A stretch of 64,000 nucleotides of DNA, from assembly GCA_040219085.1 (NCBI GenBank), contig JAVJTC010000020.1, positions 208,317 to 272,316 of the forward strand, read 5' to 3'. Shown piece by piece: positions 1 to 10,291 of the stretch. The position numbers and the translations under genes were made by a program. The stretch's first letter is position 1; each line of letters starts with the position of its first letter. The notes under the pieces were generated by a model that saw nothing but the letters and a program-made list of their open reading frames with translations, did not search any database and had not been told where the DNA came from. Source of the stretch: Acidimicrobiales bacterium (GTDB taxonomy: Bacteria > Actinomycetota > Acidimicrobiia > Acidimicrobiales > JAVJTC01).

Positions 1-1
1 C

Positions 2-2221
2 CTCTTCTTCCTCTTCGACCGCTTCTACTGGATCTGGGGTGGGAACGTGGCGTCCACCCTCGCAGGGGAGTTCGCGTTCTCGATCTCGCTCAGCCTGGCC
101 CTCGTCACGATCGGCGTGATGTACCGCGGCTGCGCCGAAGGGCGGTACCGGGTCCTCGCCGCCGTGCTCGCCGCTCTGACGGTCCTCACGCACCTCATCC
201 CCGCCATCTTCATGGCCGTGTGCGCGCTGGTGCTCGCGTTGACCGACACCCGGCGACGACGCATCGAGTGGTTCGTCGTCGTCGCGGTCCTGTCGGCGTG
301 TCTGAGCGCGTTCTGGATCCTCCCGTTCTGGTGGCGGCGCGCCTATTTCAACGACATGGGCTGGCGCAAGGTCACCGCCTACTGGCCCAACCTGTTCCGG
401 GACGACCTGTGGTGGGTGTACGCGCTCGCGTCGGTGGGTGTGGTGGTGGCGATCCTCGGCGGGTCCCGCCTGGCGCGGCTGCTGGCCGTCGTGGCCGCCG
501 TGTACGGACTCGCATTCCGGTTCGCTCCGCAGGGCCGACTCTGGAACGCCCGGCTGTTGCCCTTCTACTACCTGTGTCTGGTCCTGTTGGCCGCGATCGC
601 GATCGGTCTGGTCGTGCGGGCGCTCACAGGTGGACCGTCGCTGCTGGCCGGCCGGGACGGGACCGGGCCGTCGCGTCGGCGGCTCGCCGCGGCCCTGTCC
701 GTTCCGGCGGCTGCGGTCGCGGTGCTGATCGACGACGTCGCCTTCAACGGCGTGATCGCCAGGGTGGTCCTCGAGGTTCTGATGGGTGCCGACGGCGTCG
801 AGGCCCGGCGCCTACAGGGTCAGATGACGGACCCCGCGTCATGGGTGGCCCAGGGTGCCGTCGCCGGTGCGGTGGTGGAGCTCGTCCGGGTGATTCCGGT
901 GTCGGGTCGACTCGTTCGGCGGTCACGGTCGGCGGCGCTCGGCGCCCTCGCCGTGACGGCGCTGGTCGTGGTCGGCGCCGTCGCGATCCCGCTGCACAGC
1001 CTCGGCGGGTTCGGGGATACCGACGCCGACGGCCGGTACGGGGTCGCACTCCCCGGAACCGACGCCGTGGCCTTCGGAACGGCGTCGTCGAGTTTCGTGC
1101 CCTCGTGGGCCCGCTGGAACTTCTCGGGCTACGAGGGCAAGGCCGCCAACGCCGCGGGCGGGGGGTACCTCGAGTACCACGCGGTGGTGACGACGATGGA
1201 ACGTATCGGTGAGACCCGGGGGTGCGGCCGGGCGATGTGGGAGTACGACAAGGACGTGCTCGACAGTTACGGGACGCCGATGTCGTTGATGTTGCTGCCG
1301 CACTGGACCGACGGCTGCATCGGTTCGATGGAGGGCCTGTACTTCGAGTCATCCGCCACGGTGCCCTACCACTTCCTGGTCCAGTCGGAGCTTTCCGCCT
1401 CGCCGAGCCGGGCGATGCGTGACATCCCCTACGGACCCTTCGACATCGACCGCGGTGTGGCCCACCTGCGTGAGCTCGGCGTGCGTTACCACCTCGCAGT
1501 GAGCGACCGCGCTATCAGCGAGGCCCGCGCCGACAGCGACCTCGTCGAGATCGACAGAGCGGGGGCATGGGTCGTCTTCGAGGTCAGCGGCTCGGAGCTG
1601 GTGTCCGCTCTCGACGCCGATCCGGTGGTGGTCGAGGGCATCGACGGCTCGGCCGACTCGTGGCTCGACGTGGGGGTGGAGGCTTTCGTTGCCTCCACGG
1701 ACGTCGTGATCGCGGCCGACGGTCCCGACGAGTGGCGCCGCGTCGAGGTCTCGCAGCTCGGAGCTGTGCTCGACGCAGCTCCGCCGCCGCCCGCCTACCG
1801 CGACGTCTCGGTGAGCGACATCGAGACCGACACCGACCGGGTGTCCTTCGTGGTCGACGAGGTCGGCGTGCCGGTCGTCGTCAGGGTCTCCTATTTCCCG
1901 AACTGGGAGGTCGACGGGGCCGAGGGGCCTTGGCGGATCGCCCCCAACCTGATGGTGGTCGTCCCCACCGACACGAACGTCACGCTGCGCTACGGCTGGA
2001 CGGGCATCGACGCGGCCGCCTATCTGGTGACAGGACTGGGCATCGTGACGGCCCTGGGTCTCGCTCGGCGTCCCGACGTTCTCGCATGGGGCCTTCGGGA
2101 CACTCCGGACGCAGATCCGGTCCCGGATCCCGATCCGGACCCAGACGCGGATCCGAACCCGGATCCCGATCCGGACCCAGACGCGGATCCGAACCCAGAT
2201 CCCGATCCGGTGCTGCCGTGA
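2..2221 (+). CDS. Polytopic membrane protein with large non-membrane C-terminal domain; putative GT-C-type glycosyltransferase (5' end outside window)
   Basis: The frame stays open to the window edge upstream of the listed ATG at 47. The N-terminal ~330 aa are successive hydrophobic helices. They are followed by a ~350-aa soluble domain, one more TM helix and a (DPDPDPDADPNP)n tail. The stop overlaps the GTG of the next gene (GTGA). Function is inferred only from architecture and sugar-metabolism neighbours. Confidence 0.6.
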   Translation, partial: LFFLFDRFYWIWGGNVASTLAGEFAFSISLSLALVTIGVMYRGCAEGRYRVLAAVLAALTVLTHLIPAIFMAVCALVLALTDTRRRRIEWFVVVAVLSACLSAFWILPFWWRRAYFNDMGWRKVTAYWPNLFRDDLWWVYALASVGVVVAILGGSRLARLLAVVAAVYGLAFRFAPQGRLWNARLLPFYYLCLVLLAAIAIGLVVRALTGGPSLLAGRDGTGPSRRRLAAALSVPAAAVAVLIDDVAFNGVIARVVLEVLMGADGVEARRLQGQMTDPASWVAQGAVAGAVVELVRVIPVSGRLVRRSRSAALGALAVTALVVVGAVAIPLHSLGGFGDTDADGRYGVALPGTDAVAFGTASSSFVPSWARWNFSGYEGKAANAAGGGYLEYHAVVTTMERIGETRGCGRAMWEYDKDVLDSYGTPMSLMLLPHWTDGCIGSMEGLYFESSATVPYHFLVQSELSASPSRAMRDIPYGPFDIDRGVAHLRELGVRYHLAVSDRAISEARADSDLVEIDRAGAWVVFEVSGSELVSALDADPVVVEGIDGSADSWLDVGVEAFVASTDVVIAADGPDEWRRVEVSQLGAVLDAAPPPPAYRDVSVSDIETDTDRVSFVVDEVGVPVVVRVSYFPNWEVDGAEGPWRIAPNLMVVVPTDTNVTLRYGWTGIDAAAYLVTGLGIVTALGLARRPDVLAWGLRDTPDADPVPDPDPDPDADPNPDPDPDPDADPNPDPDPVLP
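2108..2209 (+). repeat. 36-bp in-frame tandem repeat, about 2.8 copies, encoding (DADP[V/N]PDPDPDP)n
   Basis: Units at 2108-2143, 2144-2179 and 2180-2209 are nearly identical at the DNA level. Confidence 0.9.
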
Positions 2222-2973
2222 GGACCGTCTCGGTCGTCGTCCCCGCCTACGAGGAGGCCGATGTGATCGCCACGAGCCTTCAGCGTCTGCGCGCCGAACT
2301 GCCCGGCGCACTCGGCTCGTCCGGCGTCGAGCTGGTCGTCGTCGACGACGGCTCACGTGACGAGACGGCGGCCGTCGCTCGAAAGTGGGCCGATGTCGTC
2401 GTCGAGTCGCCGCGCAACCGGGGGAAGGGTCATGCGGTGCGCACCGGCATGGCCGTCGCCACCGGCGACGTGGTCGCCTTCTGCGACGCAGACCTCGCCT
2501 ACCCGCCCTCCGTCATCGCCGCCGTGCTCGCGCCGGTCCTCGACGGCGCCGATGCCGCGTTGGGGGACCGCCGACTCGCTCCGGGCGCCGCGGCCCCGAG
2601 TCGCCTGCGGCGCATCGGCGGGTGGGCGATCTCGGTGGTCGCCGGACGCTTTCTCGTCGGGCGGCGCCTCGACACGCAGTGCGGTCTCAAGGCGTTCACC
2701 GCGACCACGGCCCGCGACGTCTTCGGGCGGTGCCGGGTGGACGGCTTCGCGTTCGACGTCGAGGTGATCCATCTCCTCGACAGGCGCGGTCACTCCTTCG
2801 TGCAGGTGCCGGTGTCCGTCGACAACCGCGTGTCGTCGTCGGTCCGCCCGTTACGTGACGGTGTCTCCCTGCTGCGCGACATCGCCCGCATCCGCACCCG
2901 TTCCCGGCGGGGCGACTACGGGCCGCGCGTCGTTCCGGGGAGTTCCCCGGCACGCGGTAGTGTCGCCTCGTGA
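2218..2973 (+). CDS. Family 2 glycosyltransferase (polyprenol-phosphate sugar synthase-like)
   Basis: VSVVVPAYEEADVI..VVDDGSRDETA..RNRGKGHAVRTG..VAFCDADLAYPP is the GT-A fold N-terminus with a DxD-type motif. In-frame GTG at 2218 overlaps the upstream stop. Confidence 0.85.
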   Translation: MRTVSVVVPAYEEADVIATSLQRLRAELPGALGSSGVELVVVDDGSRDETAAVARKWADVVVESPRNRGKGHAVRTGMAVATGDVVAFCDADLAYPPSVIAAVLAPVLDGADAALGDRRLAPGAAAPSRLRRIGGWAISVVAGRFLVGRRLDTQCGLKAFTATTARDVFGRCRVDGFAFDVEVIHLLDRRGHSFVQVPVSVDNRVSSSVRPLRDGVSLLRDIARIRTRSRRGDYGPRVVPGSSPARGSVAS

Positions 2974-4322
2974 CGGACCTCGATGCCATCGTCAAGGCCT
3001 ACGACATCCGTGGTGTGGTGCCCGACCAACTCGACGCCGATCTGGCGGGACGCCTGGGTGCCGCGTTCGGGCGTTTCATCCGCGACGACGACCCCGGGGT
3101 GACCGAGGTCCTGCTCGGACGCGACATGAGGGAGTCGGGGGTCGCTCTGAGTGAGGCGTTCGCCGAGGGCGTGATGTCCCAGGGCCTCGACATCGTGGAT
3201 CTCGGGCTCATCTCCACGGACCTCCTCTACTACGCATCCGGCTCACGCGGCGCCCCGGGCGTGGTGTTCACCGCCTCGCACAACCCCGCCGAGTACAACG
3301 GCATCAAGTCGTGCCGGGCCGGGGCGGCCCCGATCGGGGCGGAGTCGGGTCTCGCGGAAATCCGCCGACTCGCCGCTGAGGGCGTGGAGCCGGCCGACAC
3401 CCGCGGCGAGAGGCGGTCCGAGGACCTCCTCGAGGACTTCGTCGCCCATGTCCACGCGCTGGTCGGCGTCGCAGGGATCGGCGCCGTGAAGGTGGTGGCG
3501 GACGTCGCCAACGGGATGGGGGGCCTCGTGGTTCCGGCGATGTTCGCCGGGCTGCCGGTGGACCTGGAGGTCATGTACCCGGAGCTCGACGGGACGTTCC
3601 CCAACCACCCGGCCGACCCGATCCAGGTCGAGAACCAGCGTGACCTGCGGGACCGCGTCCTCGAGGTCGGCGCCTCGATCGGCCTGGCATTCGACGGCGA
3701 CGCGGACCGTGTCTTCATCGTCGACGAGCACGCCGAGCCGCTGTCGGGCTCCACGACCACGGCGATGGTCGGGGCGGCGCTGCTGGGCCGTGAGCCCGGT
3801 GGCACGGTCCTCTACAACCTGATCTGTTCCAAGTCCGTCCCCGAGATCGTCACCGAACGCGGCGGAACCGCTGTTCGGACGCGGGTGGGGCACTCCTACA
3901 TCAAGTCGACGATGGCCGAGACGGGAGCGATCTTCGCCGGTGAGCACTCGGGCCACTACTACTTCCGCGACAACTACCGGGCCGATTCAGGGGTCATCGC
4001 CGCGCTCACGATCCTGCGCCTGATGGCCGAGTCGGGCCAGCCGCTCTCAGAGCTCCGCAAGCCCTTCGAGCGCTACGCCGCATCGGGGGAGATCAACCTC
4101 CGCGTCGGCGATCAGGGTGCCGTGATCGACCGGGTCCGCGCCGCATACTCCGATGCCGATCTCGACGAGTTGGACGGGCTGACGGTGGACCTCGGAGACT
4201 GGTGGTTCAACCTTCGAGCCTCCAACACCGAACCGCTGTTGCGACTGAACCTCGAGGCGCCCGACGCGGACTCGGTCGACGCGCACGTCGCCGAGGTGCG
4301 GGCGATCATCGACGGCGGCTGA
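2970..4322 (+). CDS. manB: Phosphomannomutase/phosphoglucomutase
   Basis: Active-site loop FTASHNPAEYNGIK and Mg-binding FDGDADRVFIVDE. 450 aa. GTGA overlap with the GT2 gene. Confidence 0.92.
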   Translation: MTDLDAIVKAYDIRGVVPDQLDADLAGRLGAAFGRFIRDDDPGVTEVLLGRDMRESGVALSEAFAEGVMSQGLDIVDLGLISTDLLYYASGSRGAPGVVFTASHNPAEYNGIKSCRAGAAPIGAESGLAEIRRLAAEGVEPADTRGERRSEDLLEDFVAHVHALVGVAGIGAVKVVADVANGMGGLVVPAMFAGLPVDLEVMYPELDGTFPNHPADPIQVENQRDLRDRVLEVGASIGLAFDGDADRVFIVDEHAEPLSGSTTTAMVGAALLGREPGGTVLYNLICSKSVPEIVTERGGTAVRTRVGHSYIKSTMAETGAIFAGEHSGHYYFRDNYRADSGVIAALTILRLMAESGQPLSELRKPFERYAASGEINLRVGDQGAVIDRVRAAYSDADLDELDGLTVDLGDWWFNLRASNTEPLLRLNLEAPDADSVDAHVAEVRAIIDGG

Positions 4323-4347
4323 CGAAAACGACGAACCGAGGACGACA

Positions 4348-4584
4348 ATGACACTGGACCGCCGCCTGCTCGACATCCTCGCCTGCCCCGAGGACAAGGG
4401 TCCGCTGCTCTATTTCGAGGCCGACGATTTCCTGTACAACCCGCGCCTGCACCGCAGGTACCGGATCGATGACGGCATCCCTGTCATGCTCATCGACGAG
4501 GCCGACAACGTCGACGAGGCCGAGCACGACTCGATCATGGCGCGTGCGGCCGAACTGGCGATCGAACCGACGTTCACACCGTGA
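4348..4584 (+). CDS. Trm112-family small protein
   Basis: 78 aa. LLDILACPEDKGPL ... YRIDDGIPVMLIDEA is the typical Trm112/UPF0434 pattern, and the gene sits in the usual actinobacterial position between manB and the PMI gene. Confidence 0.8.
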   Translation: MTLDRRLLDILACPEDKGPLLYFEADDFLYNPRLHRRYRIDDGIPVMLIDEADNVDEAEHDSIMARAAELAIEPTFTP

Positions 4585-5621
4585 GCGCGCAACGGATCGA
4601 CACGCTCGGAATGTGGGACGCCTTCGCCGGGCTCCCCGACCAGGTGGAGGCCGCCGTCGCGGCGGCACAGGCCGTCGACGGGCTACCGGACCCCAAGGGC
4701 ATCACGAACGTACTCGTCCTCGGAATGGGCGGTAGCGGGATCGCGGGGGACTTCCTGACCGTCACCGCGGGACCGTTCATGTCGCTACCCGTCGTCGTGG
4801 TGAAGAACTACACGACGCCGTCCTACGTCTCGGAATCGACCCTGGTCATGGCCGTGTCGGCGTCGGGGAACACGGCCGAGACGGTCGAGGCGACGATCAC
4901 CGCGGCCTCACTCGGGGGCCAGGTCGTCGCCGTCACCGGCGGCGGACGGCTCGGTGAACTCGCCCGGGGCTGGGGGGCGCCCGTCGTTCCCGTCGACGCC
5001 TCGATCCCGATGCCACGTGCGGGTCTGGGGGCCGTTGCGATCCCGCCGCTGGTCGTGTTGGAGCGAATGGGGTTCTTCCCCGGGGCGGGGGAGTGGATCG
5101 GCCTGGCGGTCGAGCAGCTCAGGCGACGTGGCGCGGAGCTGACCGGGCCCGCGAGTCCCGCTCTCGATCTCGCCCGGCGGATCGGCCGGACGCTGCCGAT
5201 CATCTACGGCGGCGGTGGCACCGGTGACGTCGCCGCGCGGCGCTGGAAGACCCAGATCAACGAGAACGCCAAAGTCCCGGCCTTCTCCAACACCGTGCCC
5301 GAGCTGTGTCACAACGAGGTCGTCGGTTGGGGCCAGCACGGTGACGTGACGCGGCAGGTCTTCTCGCTCGTGTTCCTGCGTCACGACGACGAGCACCCCG
5401 CCGTCGGTGAGACGTTCGCCGTCCTGTCCGAGATGATCGGCGAGGTCGTCTCCGACATCCACGAGGTGGAGGCCGGCGGTGACGGCGTCATCGCCCAGGT
5501 TCTCGACATGATGATGTTCGGAGACGCCGTCTCCCTCGAGATGGCCGGCCTCGAGGGAATCGACCCGGGTCCGATTCCGGCCATCGCCGAGCTCAAGTCC
5601 CGCCTGGAGGGGCTGGTCTAG
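4581..5621 (+). CDS. Bifunctional phosphoglucose/phosphomannose isomerase (SIS domain)
   Basis: SIS motifs LGMGGSGIAGD and VSASGNTAETV. 346 aa. GTG start overlaps the Trm112 stop. Confidence 0.85.
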   Translation: MSAQRIDTLGMWDAFAGLPDQVEAAVAAAQAVDGLPDPKGITNVLVLGMGGSGIAGDFLTVTAGPFMSLPVVVVKNYTTPSYVSESTLVMAVSASGNTAETVEATITAASLGGQVVAVTGGGRLGELARGWGAPVVPVDASIPMPRAGLGAVAIPPLVVLERMGFFPGAGEWIGLAVEQLRRRGAELTGPASPALDLARRIGRTLPIIYGGGGTGDVAARRWKTQINENAKVPAFSNTVPELCHNEVVGWGQHGDVTRQVFSLVFLRHDDEHPAVGETFAVLSEMIGEVVSDIHEVEAGGDGVIAQVLDMMMFGDAVSLEMAGLEGIDPGPIPAIAELKSRLEGLV

Positions 5622-5666
5622 GCCCGCTTCCGCTCGCCGGCGGGGCGCGACCGGCGCGTCGGTAGG

Positions 5667-7121
<1,455 letters not shown>

Positions 7122-7172
7122 GGCACTCCACGGCGACGAGCTGCCGCGGCGCGTGGGTGCCCGCGGTGTCCG

Positions 7173-8153
7173 TCAGCCCGGCTGGCGCCATCGGGCCGTG
7201 TCGGTGCCTGACAGGGGCGCCGGTCGGGTTGGTTCGGGCCCGGCAGGTGGCTCCGTCACGGGGCCGAGGGGTGGTGGCGGCAGGTGGGCGAGTCCCTTCG
7301 TCTCGCGGACGAACTCGGCGATGTCGGCTGCGCTCGGTTCGTGGTGTCGGGTCGTCAGCATGCGGTCGACGCCGGTTGCCGCTCTCGTGCGCCAGTCCCG
7401 GTCTTCTGTCAACGACCGACACGAGGCGTCCGCGGCGTGCTCGTGGGCCTCAGTCGACGTGAAGGTCGCGAAGCCGACGCCCGCTGAACGAAGGCGCTGC
7501 AGCAGTCGTTCGTGGGCTGTCACGAGTTCGGTCAACGAGGCGTCGCGGGCCCACTGTGCGAGGCAGCGGTCGTGGTCGACGAGGTGGATCCCCACGTTGC
7601 CCGACGCGACCAGACCTCGTCCGTCGGTCGTGACGGACGTGGTGATCGCCACCGGAGCCTTCAGGAAGAAGGTGAACGCACTTCGCGGTACCCGGGCGAT
7701 CGAGAGTTGGCAGGCGCTGCCTTCGCGCGTCAGCTCGACGGCCCGGCCCACGCGCGGGGTCTCGGTGATCTCAATGACCCGCCATCCACCGGATACGGCC
7801 TCGGCCACGAGGGTCTCCGCCCAGGACGGGATGGTCGCTGCTGGTACCGGAGTGGACGCGGGTGGTGCTTCTGTCACGCGCATGCAATAGCGGTACATCG
7901 AGAGTCGCAGGACGGGGACAATGGCCAATGCGGCCATGATCCCTAGACGCGTTCCCGAGCCCCAGGGGTTCGAATCGAAGTCCGGAACGAGCGTTGCGGA
8001 GATCGAGCCCACGAGCAGCCAGGTGGCGAGACAGAGCCACTCGACACCGGGTCGACCGGCGCCCAGTCCGATGTGATGCAACATCGTGTTGATCAGTCGG
8101 CCGACTGCCAACCCGACGACGATCGTGACCACGAGCAGGGTTGCGAAGTCCAC
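7173..8153 (-). CDS. Hypothetical membrane protein (3 N-terminal TM helices plus ~230-aa domain of unknown function)
   Basis: 326-aa ORF with balanced composition, whereas the antisense ORF 7153..7890 is Arg/Ser-rich. It uses noticeably more A/T-ending codons than its neighbours. I recognise no motif. Confidence 0.65.
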   Translation of the reverse strand: MDFATLLVVTIVVGLAVGRLINTMLHHIGLGAGRPGVEWLCLATWLLVGSISATLVPDFDSNPWGSGTRLGIMAALAIVPVLRLSMYRYCMRVTEAPPASTPVPAATIPSWAETLVAEAVSGGWRVIEITETPRVGRAVELTREGSACQLSIARVPRSAFTFFLKAPVAITTSVTTDGRGLVASGNVGIHLVDHDRCLAQWARDASLTELVTAHERLLQRLRSAGVGFATFTSTEAHEHAADASCRSLTEDRDWRTRAATGVDRMLTTRHHEPSAADIAEFVRETKGLAHLPPPPLGPVTEPPAGPEPTRPAPLSGTDTARWRQPG

Positions 8154-8245
8154 AGCCCGTCATCGGCACACAAAGAGTGGTTCTTGAGTTCCTGCCTGAG
8201 GAATCGATCCGTGTGCCGCCACTTCGATTCCGTTTCCGCCGGCCG

Positions 8246-8267
8246 ATGTACGCGATCGCGTACATCT
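8246..8267. promoter_or_regulatory. Perfect 22-bp palindrome GATGTACGCGATCGCGTACATC (candidate operator)
   Basis: Read directly. It lies 93 bp upstream of the 8153 start codon, in a 296-bp intergenic region that is visibly less GC-rich. Confidence 0.45.
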
Positions 8268-8339
8268 CGGCCAGTTTCGCAGACGGGGCCCTTGAGCGGC
8301 GGCGCGACGTCGGAGTTTCGATCTCCGGTTCAGACCCCG

Positions 8340-8361
8340 GATATCCGCAATTGCGGATATC
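8340..8361. promoter_or_regulatory. Perfect 22-bp palindrome GATATCCGCAATTGCGGATATC (candidate operator)
   Basis: Read directly. Its centre lies 94 bp from the centre of the first palindrome, and its sequence is different. Confidence 0.45.
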
Positions 8362-8449
8362 GGCGTGTGTCCCACCGATTTGCAGTCTGCAGGAACACCC
8401 GCACGAGGAGCCTGAAGACCGCGCCGGCCGTCGCGTCGAGCACCGCCGG

Positions 8450-9577
8450 TCAGGGGGCGAAGTGGTCCAGCGCCTCGGTTGCGCAGCGCAGAGCGTCGGT
8501 GATCGCCTCGTCCTGGTTGATGTAGCGGTACGTCGCGAGTCGGCCGGCGAACAGGACGGGGATGTCGAACGCGTCCGCGATCTCGGCCATCAACTCCCCG
8601 TTGCGGGTCGTGTTGCGCCCGTCGACGCGGGGAACCGGGTAGTGGCGAGCCGGTGAGCCGGGGATCTCCTCGCTGACGACGGTCCCGAGGATCGACTGCC
8701 CGGTCGCGTGCTTGGTCTCGACCGTGCGTGTGTACGGGACCCGCAGCGACGGTCGGTTGACGACGTAGGCAGGGGTGACCGTCCCGTCGGGAGTGTCCGT
8801 CGGCACGTAGCGGGACCGCATCTCGATCCCGCGCCACTCGAGTTCACCGGGACATCCGGCGAAGTCGTCGAGCGGCGCCGTGATGACCGCCATGTCGAAC
8901 TCCGCGGCCAGGTCGTCGGCGTGGTCCATCGAGATCGTCGCACCGGCGGTCACCGAGACCGGAGCCAGGATCGCCTCGATGATCGAGTTGACCCCTTCCG
9001 CCTCGAAGAACTCCCAGGTATCGCGGAACAGGCGTCGGTACCCGTCGTCGCGCAGTTCGACCCGCTTGGGCGCGAAGCGGGCGGACAGCTCACGGGGGTC
9101 GCGGTCCCACTGCTTGACCGTGTAGTCGCGGATGAACAGGCCGTACAGGGTGGGCCCCATGAGCGAGATGACGTGTTCCTCGAAGCTCTCGCCGATGGGT
9201 TCGGGCGGAAGCTCGGCCAGTTCGCGTTCCACGACCGGCCAGATCGGCAGCTCACGCAGTTCGGCCACCTGGGGCGGCCACGACAACAAGCGGGGCTCGT
9301 CATCGTCGGGGGAGAGGTACACCTCGGTGACCACGACGTGTTCGTAGGGCCGACCCATCCCGAAGCGACTCACGTAGTCCTTCACGGTCGGATCCGACGT
9401 GTGGAAGATGTGGGCGCCGTTGGGCTCGTAGACCACGCCGTTGAGCGTCTCGACGCGGCTGTGGCCGCCCACGACGGCCGCGCGTTCGAGGACCTCGACG
9501 CGGTGGCCGGCGTCGGTCAGCTCGCGGGCCACGACCGCTCCGGTCCACCCGGCGCCGATCACTGCGATTCTCGCCAT
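8450..9577 (-). CDS. glf: UDP-galactopyranose mutase
   Basis: N-terminal FAD Rossmann motif IAVIGAGWTGAVVARELTDAGHRVEVLERAAVVGGH. YTVKQWDRDP and C-terminal FAGRLATYRYINQDEAI match the Glf pattern. 375 aa. Confidence 0.88.
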   Translation of the reverse strand: MARIAVIGAGWTGAVVARELTDAGHRVEVLERAAVVGGHSRVETLNGVVYEPNGAHIFHTSDPTVKDYVSRFGMGRPYEHVVVTEVYLSPDDDEPRLLSWPPQVAELRELPIWPVVERELAELPPEPIGESFEEHVISLMGPTLYGLFIRDYTVKQWDRDPRELSARFAPKRVELRDDGYRRLFRDTWEFFEAEGVNSIIEAILAPVSVTAGATISMDHADDLAAEFDMAVITAPLDDFAGCPGELEWRGIEMRSRYVPTDTPDGTVTPAYVVNRPSLRVPYTRTVETKHATGQSILGTVVSEEIPGSPARHYPVPRVDGRNTTRNGELMAEIADAFDIPVLFAGRLATYRYINQDEAITDALRCATEALDHFAP

Positions 9578-9649
9578 GGGCGCAGTCTGGCATCTGTTCG
9601 ACGGAGCGTCGGGATCGTCGAGAGCGGTGCGCCCGGGAGGCTGTCACCG

Positions 9650-10291
9650 TTGACCCGTAACGTCGCCGCGGTGCTCATCACCTCCACCTGCCCGCTGTGT
9701 GCCACGCCGGGACCGGCCCCCTGCGACGCCTGCCTCGCGGGGTTGCCGTCGGCGCACGATCCGCCCCGGGTTCCGGGCCTGGACTCGCTCGGGGTCCGCT
9801 TCGCCTACGAGGGGGCCACGCGCCGCCTGGTCGCCGCACTGAAGTACCGCAACGCCCGCCGGGTGGTGCCGCGGCTGGCGGCCGAACTCGCCGGCGTCGT
9901 CACCCGCCGTCCCGATGTCGTCACCTGGGTTCCCGCTGCACCGGTGAACCGTCGACGGCGTGGCTACGACCAGAGTGAGGTCCTCGCCCGTCGCCTCGCT
10001 CGTCGTCTGGGGGTACCCGCCAGGCGTCTGCTCGCGCGGCGCGGTGGTGCTCAGACGACGGCCACGCGCGAGGAGCGTCTCACGGGGCCGATCCTGGCCG
10101 TCCGGCGAGCGGTGCACGGCTCGGTGCTCGTCGTCGACGACGTGGCCACCACCGGCACCTCGCTCGCTGCAGCCGCAGCAGGTCTCCGGACCGCAGGTGC
10201 CCGGCGTGTCGACGCGGTTGTCGTGGCCGCGCGACCAGAGCGGACCTTCGGCATTTCAAAAGAGGGTGCCTGTGGCCGTAACATCTCATGA
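9650..10291 (+). CDS. ComF-family phosphoribosyltransferase-domain protein
   Basis: N-terminal Cys cluster CPLC..CDAC and PRTase motif VLVVDDVATTGTSL. Start is TTG 9650 or GTG 9671 (uncertain). ATGA overlap with hpf. Confidence 0.8.
   Translation: MTRNVAAVLITSTCPLCATPGPAPCDACLAGLPSAHDPPRVPGLDSLGVRFAYEGATRRLVAALKYRNARRVVPRLAAELAGVVTRRPDVVTWVPAAPVNRRRRGYDQSEVLARRLARRLGVPARRLLARRGGAQTTATREERLTGPILAVRRAVHGSVLVVDDVATTGTSLAAAAAGLRTAGARRVDAVVVAARPERTFGISKEGACGRNIS

Noticed and set aside
5622-5666. SAH riboswitch upstream of ahcY.
   Set aside because: Only 45 nt separate ahcY from the upstream gene. That is too short for the known SAH riboswitch fold, and I see no matching pseudoknot-forming segments.
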